NCBI GenBank assembly: GCA_965112155.1
Contig: OZ218100.1
Direction: 5' to 3' (one strand)
DNA length: 64,000 bases
Source: Podarcis liolepis
Lineage: Eukaryota
The translations under genes and the position numbers were made by a program. Numbering within the stretch: position 1 is the first letter of the stretch; every line of letters starts with the position of its first letter. This document shows positions 49,842-63,164 of the stretch, piece after piece. The notes under the pieces were generated by a model, which saw nothing but the letters and a program-made list of their open reading frames with translations, did no database searches and was not told the origin of the DNA.

Positions 49842-49973
49842 GACTCTGACTCTCCAAGGCATTCGACAGCTTCTAACAGCTCCAACCTGAGCAGTCCTCC
49901 CAGCCCCATCTCTCCTCACAAGACCAAGAGCCTCTCCCTGGAGAGCTCTGACCACGCAAGTTGGGACACATGA
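49842..49973 (+). CDS. CDC42BPA: CDC42BPA last coding exon (DSDSPRHSTASNSSNLSSPPSPISPHKTKSLSLESSDHASWDT*)
   Basis: ctgcag acceptor, TGA at 49971-49973; matches MRCK-alpha C-terminus. Confidence 0.97.
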   Translation, partial: DSDSPRHSTASNSSNLSSPPSPISPHKTKSLSLESSDHASWDT

Positions 49974-52900
49974 ACTGCTTCAGCACTCAGATTTTACATC
50001 TCAGCAGCTTACTGTCCCCATGACTCTCCATTTGCTCTCACTGTCATCGCCCCCCAGCTTCCCTCCAAAAGGAGACTAGGGGAGGGAGGGGAGGAAGAGA
50101 GCATATCTTGTCTTCTCTGACACAAGCAGCGTAAGCTCCCCCCGATTCAAAAGTAGCAGCAAGCAAGAGAAAACCTTGAGGAGGGCAGAGTGGGGGAGGG
50201 GTTGGTATACAAGAGATATTGGTATATTTGTATTAGTATCTATTTTATTTCATAGGGTTACAGCTGTTTCCATTTTTATGGGTATATTCCACACCATGCC
50301 ACTGTTCCAAACAAAATATAGTAGTGTTAGACTGACCAAAACAGAATCTGAAAGAGAGAACCAGATTTTGCTTTGAGGCACACAGTATCTCATTGTATTT
50401 TTTCAAGAGTTAGCACAGCAACACCCACCCATCTCTGGTGATGGGGCAAAATTTGCCCTGCAGGGGCAGATAACGCACGCTTTCAGCAACCACTCTATTT
50501 GAATGTCAATCTGATTGTTGCCAGCAAATCCTTATTGATTTAAAAAGAAATGATGCATATTTTACTACAGTAGAGTTTAAGTAAATACGCAAAATTAAGA
50601 GTTAGTACATATGTATATAATAAAAGAAGAAGCATTGTGATGCAGCGAAAGATGGATTCCTATTTAAGAGATCCTTTAATTTAAGAAGACTTGTGTTGTT
50701 CCCTTTTTCATACTAAATAATCTATGGATTGAGGATGTGATCTGGATATAGAACATGGCACTGGATAAAAACAGCCTGGAGGGAGATTCCATCCTCACAA
50801 TGTTCTCTGTAACATTACCTTCTTGTCAGTAGATGAACTAAAGCCATAATTCTCACTTTTTAACTATATCTCCCTCTTCTACTGTCTGCTTCACTGTACA
50901 AGCAAAACTCATGATCTGCTGGTCGACAAGCCTGAAGTGAGCTCAAGGGCAGTTTTGCAGAGAATCAGTATTCAGCCCCAAGCAAAACTGAAGTAAATGC
51001 AGCCAAAGCCAGCGCAAAGAGATAACTAGTTTTGGGACGGTTGGAGCTGGGTTTCCAAGCCCATCTGGCCAGTTAATACCAGTAACCACTAGCTTGTAAG
51101 TTGACTTTCCAAATTTTAGTGATCAGCCTACATTAGCCAAATTCAAACAGCGCTGGTCTTGAAATAGAATCTTTTAAATATATAACTTGGTGCTCTAGCT
51201 CACTGAAGGCTATAACGTGCTGTTGGTCTTCAGAATTTGCTAGAACGCCGGGTGGCTCAGGACGCCTATTCCGAAGATGTTTATTATGTCATCCCTGCTC
51301 TCCCACTGGGCCTGACCTGGTGTGTTCAGTGCTATTATTGCCGTGAAATACTGTGACGGTTGGATCCCACAGAGAAGCGCTTGGCAGGGCAAAGCATTCC
51401 TCTCTGGAGAGAGCAGACAGTGGAGGTCCATCACCACCTAAATAAACAGTAGCAAGCAGTGCAACCTGCAAATGGAGGGCAAGAACAAAACAATAGAAAA
51501 AGTCCACTTGCCTCCTCCTTTTCCTTCTTGAACAAGTTGAGTGCGGTTTGCGATTTGAGACTAGATGAATGTGATTTTTCTAATCCTTGGGATCATTACT
51601 ACCTTTATGACGTGACCAAGCTCAAGCGGATAAGAGTTTGGATGGTGGTGTGTGTTGAATTTAGAATACTAGTCTTCTGGGTTTTGGTAACACTTCATGG
51701 CTCTCATCAAACCATTCCAACCAAACAACAAAAGTGCAACTAATGGTGTTTCCCAGGTTCCCTCTGCAAAATGTCAGCTACCACCATACAAGGTACTGAT
51801 TTAGAAGTACTCTGAGATACAGAGCGTTGTCTTTCATGATCTAGCTGTATTGAGTCTGCTAGTTGTTGGTTCTGTGTCTTCTTCTGCATTAAGTGGACTG
51901 CCACACCCCAAGCTACCATTTAGCTATTTTATACTGGGGGGAACAGTTGTGGGTGGGTGGGGGGACACACAGCTTTTTTCTACTGCGTAGGGTGTCCTAA
52001 TCCTGTCTGTGGAATTTGGCTTGTCAAGAATCTCCAAGTTGATGGTGTGTGTTTTGTTGTCACAGGTATAAACAAGAGATTTGCAAACTGCATTTCATAG
52101 CGGCCAGTTTTGACAGTTTTGCTGAGCAGGAAATTAGCATGTCTAAGAGCACAAGGACAGGCATAGTTTAAAATCCATTGACTACTTCTTCAGCACTGGC
52201 TACTAAAAGGTTCTACTTCTCTTCCCATCACTCATGCCCACCCACTGTTCTATACACTTCTGAAGAGATTGGTCTTAGTTATTTCTGAAATTCTGAAATA
52301 CAACTAGTGGGAAATAGGTTATCTGATTAAGGCTGCCAGGGCTTGAAATCCACAGTAGGCCCAAGTGATTATCCACTTCAGGAGTTACCTTAGACGTCCT
52401 TGCAAGGTCCTGTGGCAATTGATCTGTGCTCCACCTGAGAAAGAAAATTAGACAAGAAGGCACCTGTCTAGAATGAGAAGAAATTAGCATCCCAAGAGTT
52501 ACATTTTATACGTTGGTCCATTTCACAAATTAAAAGTATTCTTCTTTTCATGCCGACCTAGGATGCATTCCTAGTACATTATGGACACATTTGAGCATCG
52601 GCAGAATTGAAAACATATCTCTGAAATGGTTGGCTGGTGAAGTTAAGCTTTGCTGATAGGCATTGCTCAGTTTCCAGGCACACCTGATTACATTTCTCCA
52701 AGCACTTTCATAGTCTCTAACTGAATCCTGACTCATCTGATGACACCTTTGTGTACATAGTTTGAGGCTATTATTTCCCTAACTGGGCTAATTCAGACAC
52801 CTCAGTCATTGCCTCTTTACGCTTTTAGCCCATTTCTTGAGGCTCAATAAATCAGGTGTTGATTGTAAACGAACCTCAGATTGTACAGCTCCATTATTTT

Positions 52901-54295
52901 TTCTATATTAAACACACACAACCTATACATATCATTACTTTTTTCTTTTCAAAACACATTCCTGTCATAATATCCATTTTTATACTGCTGAATCAGTCTC
53001 ATTCGCTGGCTTCTTAAAAGTTGATTTGTATGTGGTTTCGTGTTCCTAACCTGCATTTTATTTTATTTTTAGAACAGTTTTGGTTTTGCGCGGGGAGGGG
53101 GGGAAATACAGTTGATATTTGTGTTACTCTCTCAGGTATTTGAACGCAGCAGGATATCTTCACACGATAAGCATGGAATGCAATAATGTATTTTGGGCAT
53201 GAGGTTCACCAGAGGATGTATCCTGAGCACAACTAAGTTTTTGTTTTGAAATGATGCAAACCTGGGTAGGTGATTGGATTTGGGGTGGCAGTTTTAAGGT
53301 CTCGACTGTGAGAAAATTATCTGTCTTTTTTAGCCAGTGTGCAGTAAGCAGGGCCTCAAATTCTTTTTCCCACCTGCAAAGTCATAAAGAAATTGGGAAT
53401 CTGAAATCAGGCTTGTTGGGATTTTCTTAGCCTTACACCGTTTCACCACAGGTGTGAAAGTTACCTCTCTCCAAGCTACGTTCCATATACAGGTGCCCTG
53501 TTTGGAGACCTTAGGAAGTGCATATGCCTCAGGGTGAATGTCACTGAGAGGCTCATGACAAAAGTTTAGCCCAGTGCAATAAGGCTTTCTGCCTAGAGGC
53601 TAATAAGGGCACAAGCCTGTTTCATTCCAAAATCACAGTCATCAGGCTTTTCCTGGAATAGGGTTCTGAGCTTCTAACTAGTCTACAAGGGGCCTTCAGA
53701 GATCAAATATGCTGTAGATTTTCAACTTCTATGACCATGTTGTGCATTAAGGCAATTCCACATGACTTGTCACCTTGTCTTCTTCATTCTATAAATGCTC
53801 CCATCCTACATAAGAATTTTTTTCACTCATGAGGAAGCAATCCACAACCAAAAACAGTGTTGGTATTTCACAGTAATTATACCTGCCTTTTTATGTATGA
53901 TGGTTTCATATCATTTATTTTTTAAAAATATATTTTTAGGGATTTTTTTTTCATTGTAATATTATTGTACAGTTTTGCATGGCCTAGATGTAATCACTTT
54001 TTTGTTTTGTTTTAGAGTATAAAAGCTGACAAGTGTGCGTGTGGGGAAAAGATTTCTGCTTTTTGCCTCTTCTCACTCTTCTCTTATTTTTGATTTATGC
54101 CCTCAATGTTGTAGAGGACATTGTAAGAGATTCTCTGCTCCAGAACAATGATGTAGAGTCTATTGCACAGAAATATTTAAGGTGGATCAGTCAATGATGT
54201 AATAAATGACAGGTCACCAATATTTTATGTTGGTAACACTTAATATTAACCTACTTTGATGTATTGCAATAAAACAGGGAACTATTAGAAATACA
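49974..54295 (+). other. CDC42BPA: CDC42BPA 3' UTR (about 4.3 kb, end approximate)
   Basis: No recognisable transposons after the stop codon; AATAAA at 50619, 51441, 52846, 54201 and 54268; U/GU-rich tract after the last. Confidence 0.7.
54268..54273 (+). terminator. Likely distal polyadenylation signal of CDC42BPA
   Basis: AATAAA preceded by TGTA motifs and followed about 25 nt later by ggtttgtcttttttcc. Confidence 0.65.
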
Positions 54296-57200
54296 GATGG
54301 TTTGTCTTTTTTCCTACCCCACCAGACTTTTATGAGGCCAGCGGGGCTACAGGGGATATGATGGGGTAGTCACATAATTTCAGCAATTGAAAGTTTTGTT
54401 CTTTCAGCAGGTAGTTTCTTTTGGGATTGCTTTCCCTGCATCTAGCTGCTTCAAGCCATGAGCCATCACACCCATCAACAATGATACAGCTATGGGGAGG
54501 CCTAAGCTAGGAGATGCAGAAGGAATACACTGGGTTTGGGGGAAACTCAGACCTTGAAGGCAATTAGGCAATTAGGAGGACCGCATTCTACAAACCAGGC
54601 CCCCAACCATTAGAGAGGAAGGGCAGCAGAAATCAATTAAAATAAAAAGCAGGTTGTGGTAAGTAGCTTTCAAATGCACAAGATAGAACTCCTCTTGAAC
54701 AGAAAACTGAGCTTTTCATTAAGAACCTTCTGCCACATGATTTCCTGTTCAGAAGCTTCCAGAGTCACAGAGAAAGGATGCAGTGTTTGCTTTTCAGAAT
54801 GCTCCACCCCTACAGCCACAGCTACTGGACGGGAGAAGGGTGCATCACATCCCGCACTTGGTTGTGCAAAAGGGTCTGTGAGTGGCGCATATAATGGTCC
54901 TCATGTGATAGTCACGACATGAAGGGTCTGATTTTATTCAGCACAAAATCAGGCACACTTAACTCCACAGTGAAGTCCATTGATTCAATGCAATCAGTGG
55001 ATTTAACCACACATAGCTTTGTGTGGTTATTCCTTTAGACTTCCTTCTCTTCCGTCCTCAGCGGAGAAAACTTCCTTGTTAATGTTGCCTAGTTCCAAAG
55101 ATAACTTAACAACATGGAGTCGTTTCACACACTGAGGTTTTTGTGGTCTCTCCTTTTTGGCTGATTTCTGATGTGTTTTCCCCAGGAAACTCCTTTTTAG
55201 AAAAGGAACAGCAGCAGCACAGCTAATTCATGGTTGGCAATGCATCTAATAGCACTTCTACAACCCCTTATTTTTTTATTTGCCCTTGACATTAGCTGGG
55301 TTAAGACAGAATCCAACTTCCGGGGGGGGGGGGGGGGACAATTCCCAGATGGCAGATGCCTTGATCAGAAAGTAAGTCTTTCCATGCAAATTACTTTTTA
55401 TAATAGCTCAGTGTGGAAACCCTACTGGAACTGGTTTTGAGGTAGAGGTTTTAGTGGGGTTTTTCCTGCCCTGCTTTTGAGGCGGTTATAAAGCTTACAG
55501 CCTTCAGGGATTTAAAAAAATGATTTTAACTTCTTTGCATTTTAGTGAGAACTCCCTCCGACTTCCCTACAAAGAGGATTAGGTGAACATAAAGATAGGG
55601 CTGCTCAGACACAGGAAGCAGTCTGCTTTCCAATACAGGAATGAAATCCTTCAAGTGACCTTTTGTGTAAACTGGGTTTAATAGGTATCCTTTCAGTGAC
55701 GATTTTTGCTTATCCAAAGCTGCTGTTTTACATCTGCTCAATCAGGCTCTCAACTGGTATCCAATGTGTTTGGCTCAAGTCCCCTTGTCAGCTTTTTATA
55801 CTTTTTATCAGGGCTTTAACCATCTCTTCATATTTCACCTTTGCCACCCCCCTCCAAATTACATACTTTGATTCTCCAAAAATGAAACATTTTAAAGTGT
55901 AAAAAGCATTTTCTAGTTTGAATATGTCAAACGGCAAATGGTTTACATGCCAGATCAGCCAACATTTTAACTGTAATTAAATATAGAAGCTTAAAAGGAT
56001 ACAGATTTCAGTTATTCTTCTCATAAAGTCAGTTTTTAAATGAAGTTAACAGAGCACAACTGAAGAGCAGCCCAGAAGAAAAAGTAAGTTCGCTACAGTC
56101 CTCAATATGCATGCAAGGGGGTTGGGTACTCAAGCCCTGCCTGCCAAGGGGGCACAACTCCCACCATCGCCATGCATGCAGAGACCTAACTCCTGCTCTG
56201 TGAGGCTTTCTGTGCAATTGAAAACCCTAATTGCTGAGGGTTATAAATCGCCCAAGGTGGCACCACCTGTAGAGCAGGCTCCTGGCCTCAAGCAGTGCAC
56301 CAACATGGCAACAGTGGGAGGAGTTGTGCAGCTCTGGCAGGCAGAGCTCTAAACAAGTCCATCACACAACACCTAAAGAGGGCTTGCATCTCAAATGTGA
56401 AGCTTATAAACAAAGAGCAGCACTAGGAACTAATCGTACAATAGGGGCAAGTAAGTAAACTTCCTGCATTCTTGCCATCATCTAACTAGCATTCCTACAT
56501 GCAGCATGTCAAATAAGCAGGTGCTCATGCAAAAAGGTAAGAGAAGCTGTATTATGAACCACCTGCATGGAACGGTGTGCCACACAATTTGGGCCAATTC
56601 ATAAAATCTTAACAACAACTCTTTTGTAATGGTTTGCATTTGGATGGTTAATAACCTCCCAAAAACACAGGTGATAGTTGTCCACACACCTGACTTGCTA
56701 AATGTCTCGTTATTCAAACGAATAGGGCCAAATGGTGCCAGGCAGGTCTCGTACCGTGTTAAAATGAATTGAAGTTCCTAAAATCCGAATGGTCCAAGGA
56801 AATTTTGCCCTTGCTCGTGTAAACTGGAATTCAGGGTCAAACACAGAAATTGATTCAACATACTTCTTCATGCAACACATAATTTACGAAGTGCATCTCT
56901 CCAAGATTTGAATGAAATAATGGAAGATAAGCGGCCATGACTGCTAAACTGGACTCAGAGGCATTCCCTGAATACCATGGGCTGAGCATAAGCCAACAAG
57001 GAAGGATTTATAAATTCTTACGGCACAACTGCATAACATTCCCATAATTTACCAGCCCAATACAATCTGCTGTAACTTGTCTCTAATCATCTTCACCACT
57101 GCACTTCCACCTGGGTGGAGATGGAAGATCTCTTTTGAGCTATAGGATAACTACTATTGTCTGCCCAGCCAGATACTGCTTCCCTGCTTTAAAGGTGAAA

Positions 57201-57363
57201 ACTAAAATTGTCAGCAGAATATAGTGGTTATGAAACAAAGTACTTAAGAGGCAGTATTACTGGAACAGAATCAGAGTAAGCAGAAGTGAAAAAGTACCCA
57301 TACACTTGCTTCTTCTTCCAGGTTAGTAAACCACAGCCAAGCCACCTTCTGCACAAGCACTTC

Positions 57364-57369
57364 TTTATT
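57364..57369 (-). terminator. Likely polyadenylation signal of COQ8A
   Basis: TTTATT on + (AATAAA on -) with two TGTACA motifs and a U-run just upstream on the - strand. Confidence 0.6.
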
Positions 57370-58467
57370 GGAAATCGGTTGAAAGTTGTACAGCTACAAC
57401 TAACTGTTGTACAAAAAAAACCCCTCCCAAAATACATTTGCCGAGTTGCCTCCAATTGCTTAAAGTTGTGCGTTCAGCTACTTTAATGTATATTATGCTT
57501 TCCAACAAAATCTTGAAACACCACTGATAACACAGCAGTATCAATCTCCCGACGCCCATCAAAGGTTGCATTACAAAGATGCAGGCATGAAGGTGGAGAT
57601 AGTTCAGCTTCACTGCTGGGTTTCTATAAATGCCACAGTTAAGAGCTTTGGCTTCTCTAATTCTCCATTTAACAAGAGAACCCCATTAACTACATTGCAT
57701 ATACATTCAACTCAAGAGAATCAGACGGCTGCCACATTTGAAAGTAGGGCATTCTACATACGCCACTGCACCACTTTCTATCAGATCCTTGGAAATACTC
57801 ACTTTCCTTGAAAACTTAAGAGACTGAAGGCATAAAGTAGGCTATGTACACATCTTACACTGCACCATCAGGAGACCCCGACCTTTATGGATTCCCAGCA
57901 AGCATCATACAAAAATAGTATTCTCTTGTGAGTTGTGTTGGCAATCTAAACTTCATAGTATGAAACCATTTGTATCCTGCCTTAGAAGAAGAAAAATTAA
58001 AGGACCTATGAAAAAAGGGTGGGGGGAGAAACCACAGACATTTGGAGAACTACAATACGATTTCAATGCCAACTTGTTTTGGCTCTCTTTCCACCACCCC
58101 TTGCTTTGTTTTGCTTTCAATAAAAAAACAAATTGGTACACAGCTATCAGTATTAAAATCTGAAAAAGAGAGCTGATACCTGGGACAGTGAGATACAGAG
58201 CTGCCTAACCTCCCCTGACAATCCCTACACTAGGCTACAACCATTTTCCTGTAAAAAGAGAGGCTACACAGGGAATCAGGTGAGTGTAAAGTGGAGGAGA
58301 AAAGTCCAACGAAAAAACAACACTGTCCTTAGAACCGGGTATTCTGCTTCCAGGAGCCAGGCTGCTGGTGTTCTGGGGGGTATGAGAGAGAAGACACCGC
58401 ACTGTGGTTTGCTAGAACCTTGGTGATTGGCCATAAACCCAAGGGGACGTTCAACAGTTCTGTGCTA

Positions 58468-58755
58468 CTATTCCTTCTTCGCCTTTCTACTCCAGTATTT
58501 TCTGTAGGCTTCCTGAAACATGTCCTTGCATGGAATTTGGGCCTTCAGCTTGGAGCATATGAGGAATGAGCCTCCCATTTTCCGATGAAGAGAGTAGGTC
58601 TCCTCGGGGGGTGGGACTAGCCTGTGCTTCAGCATGACTGGAATTAAGCCATGTATCTTCTCAGTGGTGTTTTGGTTGCCGAAGTTAAAAGGTTCACTGG
58701 ATGCAAAAGCTTCTCCAAGGATGAGGACAGCGTCCAAGTGGGCGTCTTCCATAGC
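58468..58755 (-). CDS. COQ8A: COQ8A last coding exon ([19 protein letters not shown]...[23 protein letters not shown]...RKAKKE*)
   Basis: ctcag acceptor on -, tandem TAG TAG stop; matches ADCK3/COQ8A C-terminus; synteny with CDC42BPA favours COQ8A over COQ8B. Confidence 0.96.
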   Translation of the reverse strand, partial: AMEDAHLDAVLILGEAFASSEPFNFGNQNTTEKIHGLIPVMLKHRLVPPPEETYSLHRKMGGSFLICSKLKAQIPCKDMFQEAYRKYWSRKAKKE

Positions 58756-59790
58756 CTGAGCAAAACAAAAATGGAAGAGGGTGGTTTTGATCAGCTGTTC
58801 TGAATAGTTCTACTGAGGAAAAAGAAAGTAAAAAGGAAGCTACCATGTAACTCCTAACTCTACAGGTCATGAAGAAGACGAGGAAATATCCCATTAACAG
58901 CAGGAATAGTTAATCTCTCTAGCTCTAGAATAAACATTCACAAATAACTATACTAGGCTCAGCCCACTTAGCACTGAGAGTCAATTACTGTATTGCAGGA
59001 ATTGTAGTCTGGAGGGATAAATGTTCTATTTGTCTGCTCATAAGCAGAGGCAGGCAGACTTTAGCCAGGTGGTGCCAGGTGTGACTGGCATGGTGGTGGA
59101 GATGTCAATGGGCTTTGCTTTTTAAGACAGTGTACACCAGGCAGTGTCAGAACCCAACACTTCCAATCCTGTGCATGTTTATTCAGAAGCAAGCGCCACT
59201 AATCACAACCCAACACAGCTACTGTGAAGGAGATACAAAATCAAGGACTATTTCCTTCACAGCCTAATGTGGCAGCACAGACTTTCCATATGATCAAGGG
59301 TAGCGAGGAGAACGTTCCTCCAAGCTGCTGACCCTTAATAAACTACCTCTCACTTCCATTGTTAATTCAAATGGGGACTCTCTGAACAGGAATCTTTCTC
59401 CCCAGGGAGAAAAATGAAGGACTGCACCCATCTCAGGTTTTCACCAGGCCACAATTCTACAATATTACAGTGCATCATATAAAAAAAAATGTCAAGCTAA
59501 ATTCAAATAAAATTATTGCTGGCAACAAAGAGTATTGCGAGGCCAGCAAAGTGGATATTCTGTTACTTTCTACCAGCATATTTAAAATGCTAAAAATCTT
59601 AGGATAATCCTACTCAAAAACCAAAGGAACTTCTCCACTGCCCCAACAATGGACACCCAAATTAGAATATTTCCAGCTCCTTCTATGCGACCATGACAGC
59701 TCCAACACCCCACAACTCCCCAATCCCATAACTCTGCAATCCACCAGAATAAAACTTGAATGGCAACGCTTTAGAGCCTACTTAGAAATA

Positions 59791-59932
59791 ATAGGAAACT
59801 GCCTCACCCTGAATCAGAACACTGGTCCATCTATCTCAGTATGGTCTACAATGACTGGCAGTGGCTCTCTGACATTTCGGATAGGGGCCATTCCCAGCCC
59901 TACCGAGAGATGCTAGGGATTGAACCTGGGAC
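59791..59932 (-). mobile_element. CR1-tailed SINE remnant
   Basis: ggtccatctatctcagtatggtctacaatgactggcag plus reversed B-box gggattgaacctggg. Confidence 0.7.
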
Positions 59933-60358
59933 ACGAGACACCCGGGAAGTGTGTTTTATAGCATCCTTGCCAACTACCCACACTTTGCTGGAAACAAGCT
60001 TCCAAACCTCCAGTATCTCAAGCTAAACACTCACAGAGACATGGCAGGGAACTTAAGACATTCACCATTACAGGCTCCAGCCAGCTGCCCTGATCACACA
60101 CCCAGATATTAGAAGAATGAGTGAGTATCCTGCATGACAAATTAAGCTGGATTTGAAAGGAGTGGTGAGATATGCCACTTAAGAGCTGCAGCTAATGTTG
60201 ACCCCCATGGTGGCATTGGCAAGAGACACTTAAGTTCTATAGATACAATAAATACGTAGCTTCAAAGGGGGAGTAATTATTTAGCTGAAGTTTCTAAAGG
60301 AGACTGACGTCGCACCGGTAGCTAAACAAAGCATTGATTGTTTGGTGCTACTATGTAC

Positions 60359-60445
60359 CTTGTTTTCATAGCCAGTTAGGAATTTCATTTCTATTGATTT
60401 CTTCAGCACCTTCTCTCTGTCCATGTCAGCAGCTGCTTTGATTAA
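60359..60445 (-). CDS. COQ8A: COQ8A exon ([29 protein letters not shown])
   Basis: tacag acceptor, gtacat donor, 87 nt, phase 0-0. Confidence 0.95.
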
Positions 60446-61711
60446 CTGTATTGGAAGAAGAAGAAAAATTCAAAAGCCAGAAGGTGTAGGTGGGAGCCAA
60501 TCCTATTAAGCACTTCAATAGCAAGGAAAATCCTTTACTCAGAAACAAGGTCAATACTAGGAAGGCTACATGTTTTTATCCCACAAAAAAGAATTCGGCC
60601 AAGCCTTTAAGAAGCATGAGCAGTTTTGAAAGATCACAAACTTCAGCTGTCTTCACTTGAGACCGGAAATGTGATACTAGGATGAAAGGAATGCATGCCC
60701 TTTTTTAATGTAACTTTTTATTGGGTTTTATAAACAAGGATCATAGGAATAATAAATGATACAAATGAATAGACCAAGTCTTCACATGTTATTTGTATAA
60801 AAATAGGATAATGAATTTGCAGAAGTAATGTCTGTGACATACAGTTCATTATTAGTGGTCAATCAAGAAGTTACTGGCTTGTGAACTGCTTTAAGCGAAG
60901 GGAAATCCAGACAGAACAGAGTTAATGGAAAACATTCCACATTGCAAAGCTAAATGCCCAATTGGGAGTCCTTGTGGTCATTTTCCCTCCTGTGTTACCA
61001 GTGAAACAATAAGAAGTGTTGGTGTACTGAGAATGGATGCCCTAATTTAACATGGCTGGCTACAATTGAAACACAGGACACAATCCAACCCATGAAAAAT
61101 CAGCAGGCAAAAGGGGGCTCTACTCTTTGCTGGCAGCATGGACCCCTTTTCAAGAGTCCAGATGTTTGCCTTGATCAGATACTGCCAGAAAGAGGGAGAA
61201 TACTTTTCTCAGAATGACATTTGTTTTTAGACTACTAGTAAAATATTGCAGTTTTCACTGCACAAGTCCCACTTAAGAGAAAATCTCTGGGTCCTGAGCA
61301 ACAATACCTATTTCACTGGGAAAGGACGAATATATTCCCTATGGCAGTTTGCTAAAAAGTAATTTTGAGTCTGTCCACAAGAACAATAAAATATGTACTC
61401 GGGTCATTTAAATAAAAACAAACAGCAACATATCTTAAGCATTACTAAGGCTTTAAAAGCAATTTCCCTCACACCATCAACTCCCTTTGCACATTTTTAA
61501 AAATCCACATTAGGAAAAAGAGAATTATGACAGCAGTCCAAGTTCTCCAGTTTTAGAACGCAACAAATAAAGTTGGGCTGCCTGAGATAAGGAGAACTAA
61601 AAAGCTAGTTAAACCTCTAGCTTTCTTTCAATCCAGCGACTTACAAGTCAAACATGCTTCTCAAGCCCACAAAACAACGACACCATCACAAAAGGTTTTA
61701 GGAGTCCTCAC

Positions 61712-61777
61712 CTCTATGTAGAGGTCTGTGAATTCCTCATCAAAACCCCGGGTTGCTCCAAAATCCAGAAGCGCCAC
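61712..61777 (-). CDS. COQ8A: COQ8A exon with DFG motif (VALLDFGATRGFDEEFTDLYIE)
   Basis: ccag acceptor, gtgagg donor, 66 nt, phase 0-0. Confidence 0.96.
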
Positions 61778-62509
61778 CTGGATGAGTTGTACAAATGTGT
61801 TTTTTTACACTAGAACAGAAACTATTACACCGAGAGCATCCGCATGTTTGTCAGAACAATTTTAAGTGCTACAAAGAGCTGGAGTTCTTTGTAAAGCCAC
61901 TTTCTTTTCCCACTTGTTATTGGGATAGGGTGAAAACCTAAAACAGCAACACTTCACAGGTTGCTTTAGTACATGTGCTTTTATATACAAAAACTGCATG
62001 GCTGGCAAGAACCCTCCTTTCATTGGGAGAATTTCAACACTTTGTCCCCAGTTCTAACACAGCTAAGGAAACAAGGACAATCGGACAGGCCCACCTGGCT
62101 GGAAGGGTCACATAGCATAAACATGAGGATGGACCAAGTAGCCACCATGGAAAGAGGGTCCCCACAGCAAATTTCAAAACAGTGGCTGCAATGCCCAGCT
62201 ACAGGAAGGCACGGGGTTTATGCTCAAGCACACATGGACAGGGCCTAGATTAAGATGCAGAATCCCCTGCAATGCACACACCACATTTCCTTAGCAGAAC
62301 AAGTTGGTATGGAAAGGGTCTTCTGGATGTTGAAAGTTTAATAGCCATTGCTCCAGTCCTCTTAAAGAAGGTAAATCTCTCTAGCGCTTGGGGGGTGGGG
62401 AACCTGCGATGCTCTGCTTAATTTCTGGCCCTCTAGACCCTGGGAGCCCAAGTCCTGCTCTCTGATATGTGAGAGAGGTAGGTGGGGTGGCACAGAGGAA
62501 GAGCTATAC

Positions 62510-62646
62510 CAGGCAAAGGCAAACTCAGCCCTCCAGATGTTTTTGAGGCTACAATTCCCATCACCCCAGACCACTGATCCTGTTAGCTAGGGATGATGGG
62601 AGTTGTAGTCCCAAAACATCTGGAGGGCCGAGTTTGCCTATGCCTG
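62510..62646. mobile_element. Young palindromic hAT (Charlie/Buster-type) MITE in a COQ8A intron
   Basis: Near-perfect inverted arms of about 60 nt (caggca...cctccagatgtttt / aaaacatctggaggg...tgcctg); perfect 8-bp TSD agctatac. Confidence 0.92.
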
Positions 62647-63056
62647 AGCTATACAGTCCTGCAATGCTGTATCTCCAACTGGTTTTTCCAGTGGGTCAAT
62701 GGCCCTTCAAAAGGAAAACAGCTTCCCCCAATCCTGCTCTAGGCATCAGGCAGGTGAGAATTTCTTACCTTTTCCTTCAAAGACATCATCAGTGGAATTC
62801 TATTTGATTGCCAGCAGAGTCTTACTATCCCTCCCATTACATTCTTGCTGTATTATTTCCGTGAAATACGCTCCCTTTTCCACCCAAAATCTGCAAACTC
62901 TAGATTCCAGGCGGTACCCTCAAACCCACTTGCCCTGTTGCCAAGCTAACCGAACCACATCCACCTAAAGGAGCACATTAGCCAAGAAGCCATTGCAAAA
63001 AAAGGAAGCGAATGCTGCATAAGCAGCTAGTGCCAAGTCCAGCTAGAGCCATTTAC

Positions 63057-63164
63057 CTTCTGCAATTCTGGGTCATAGAAGAAGTTGGACCAGTTTGGAT
63101 CTGTCTGCATGTATCTGAACTCAAACAACTCTCGCAGGCACAAAACGAGTATGTTGTGGCAGAT
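63057..63164 (-). CDS. COQ8A: COQ8A exon with catalytic-loop motif ([36 protein letters not shown])
   Basis: ttgcag acceptor, gtaaat donor, 108 nt; QTDPNWSNF is the UbiB-family catalytic loop. Confidence 0.96.

Noticed and set aside
49974-54295. Iron-responsive element, as reported for the human MRCK-alpha 3' UTR
   Set aside because: The CAGTGN/CAGAGN hexamers I checked by eye (about 50958, 51327, 51370, 51418, 51457, 51820, 53335, 53572) lack the C-bulge plus 5-bp upper stem; a SIREs or Infernal run would settle it
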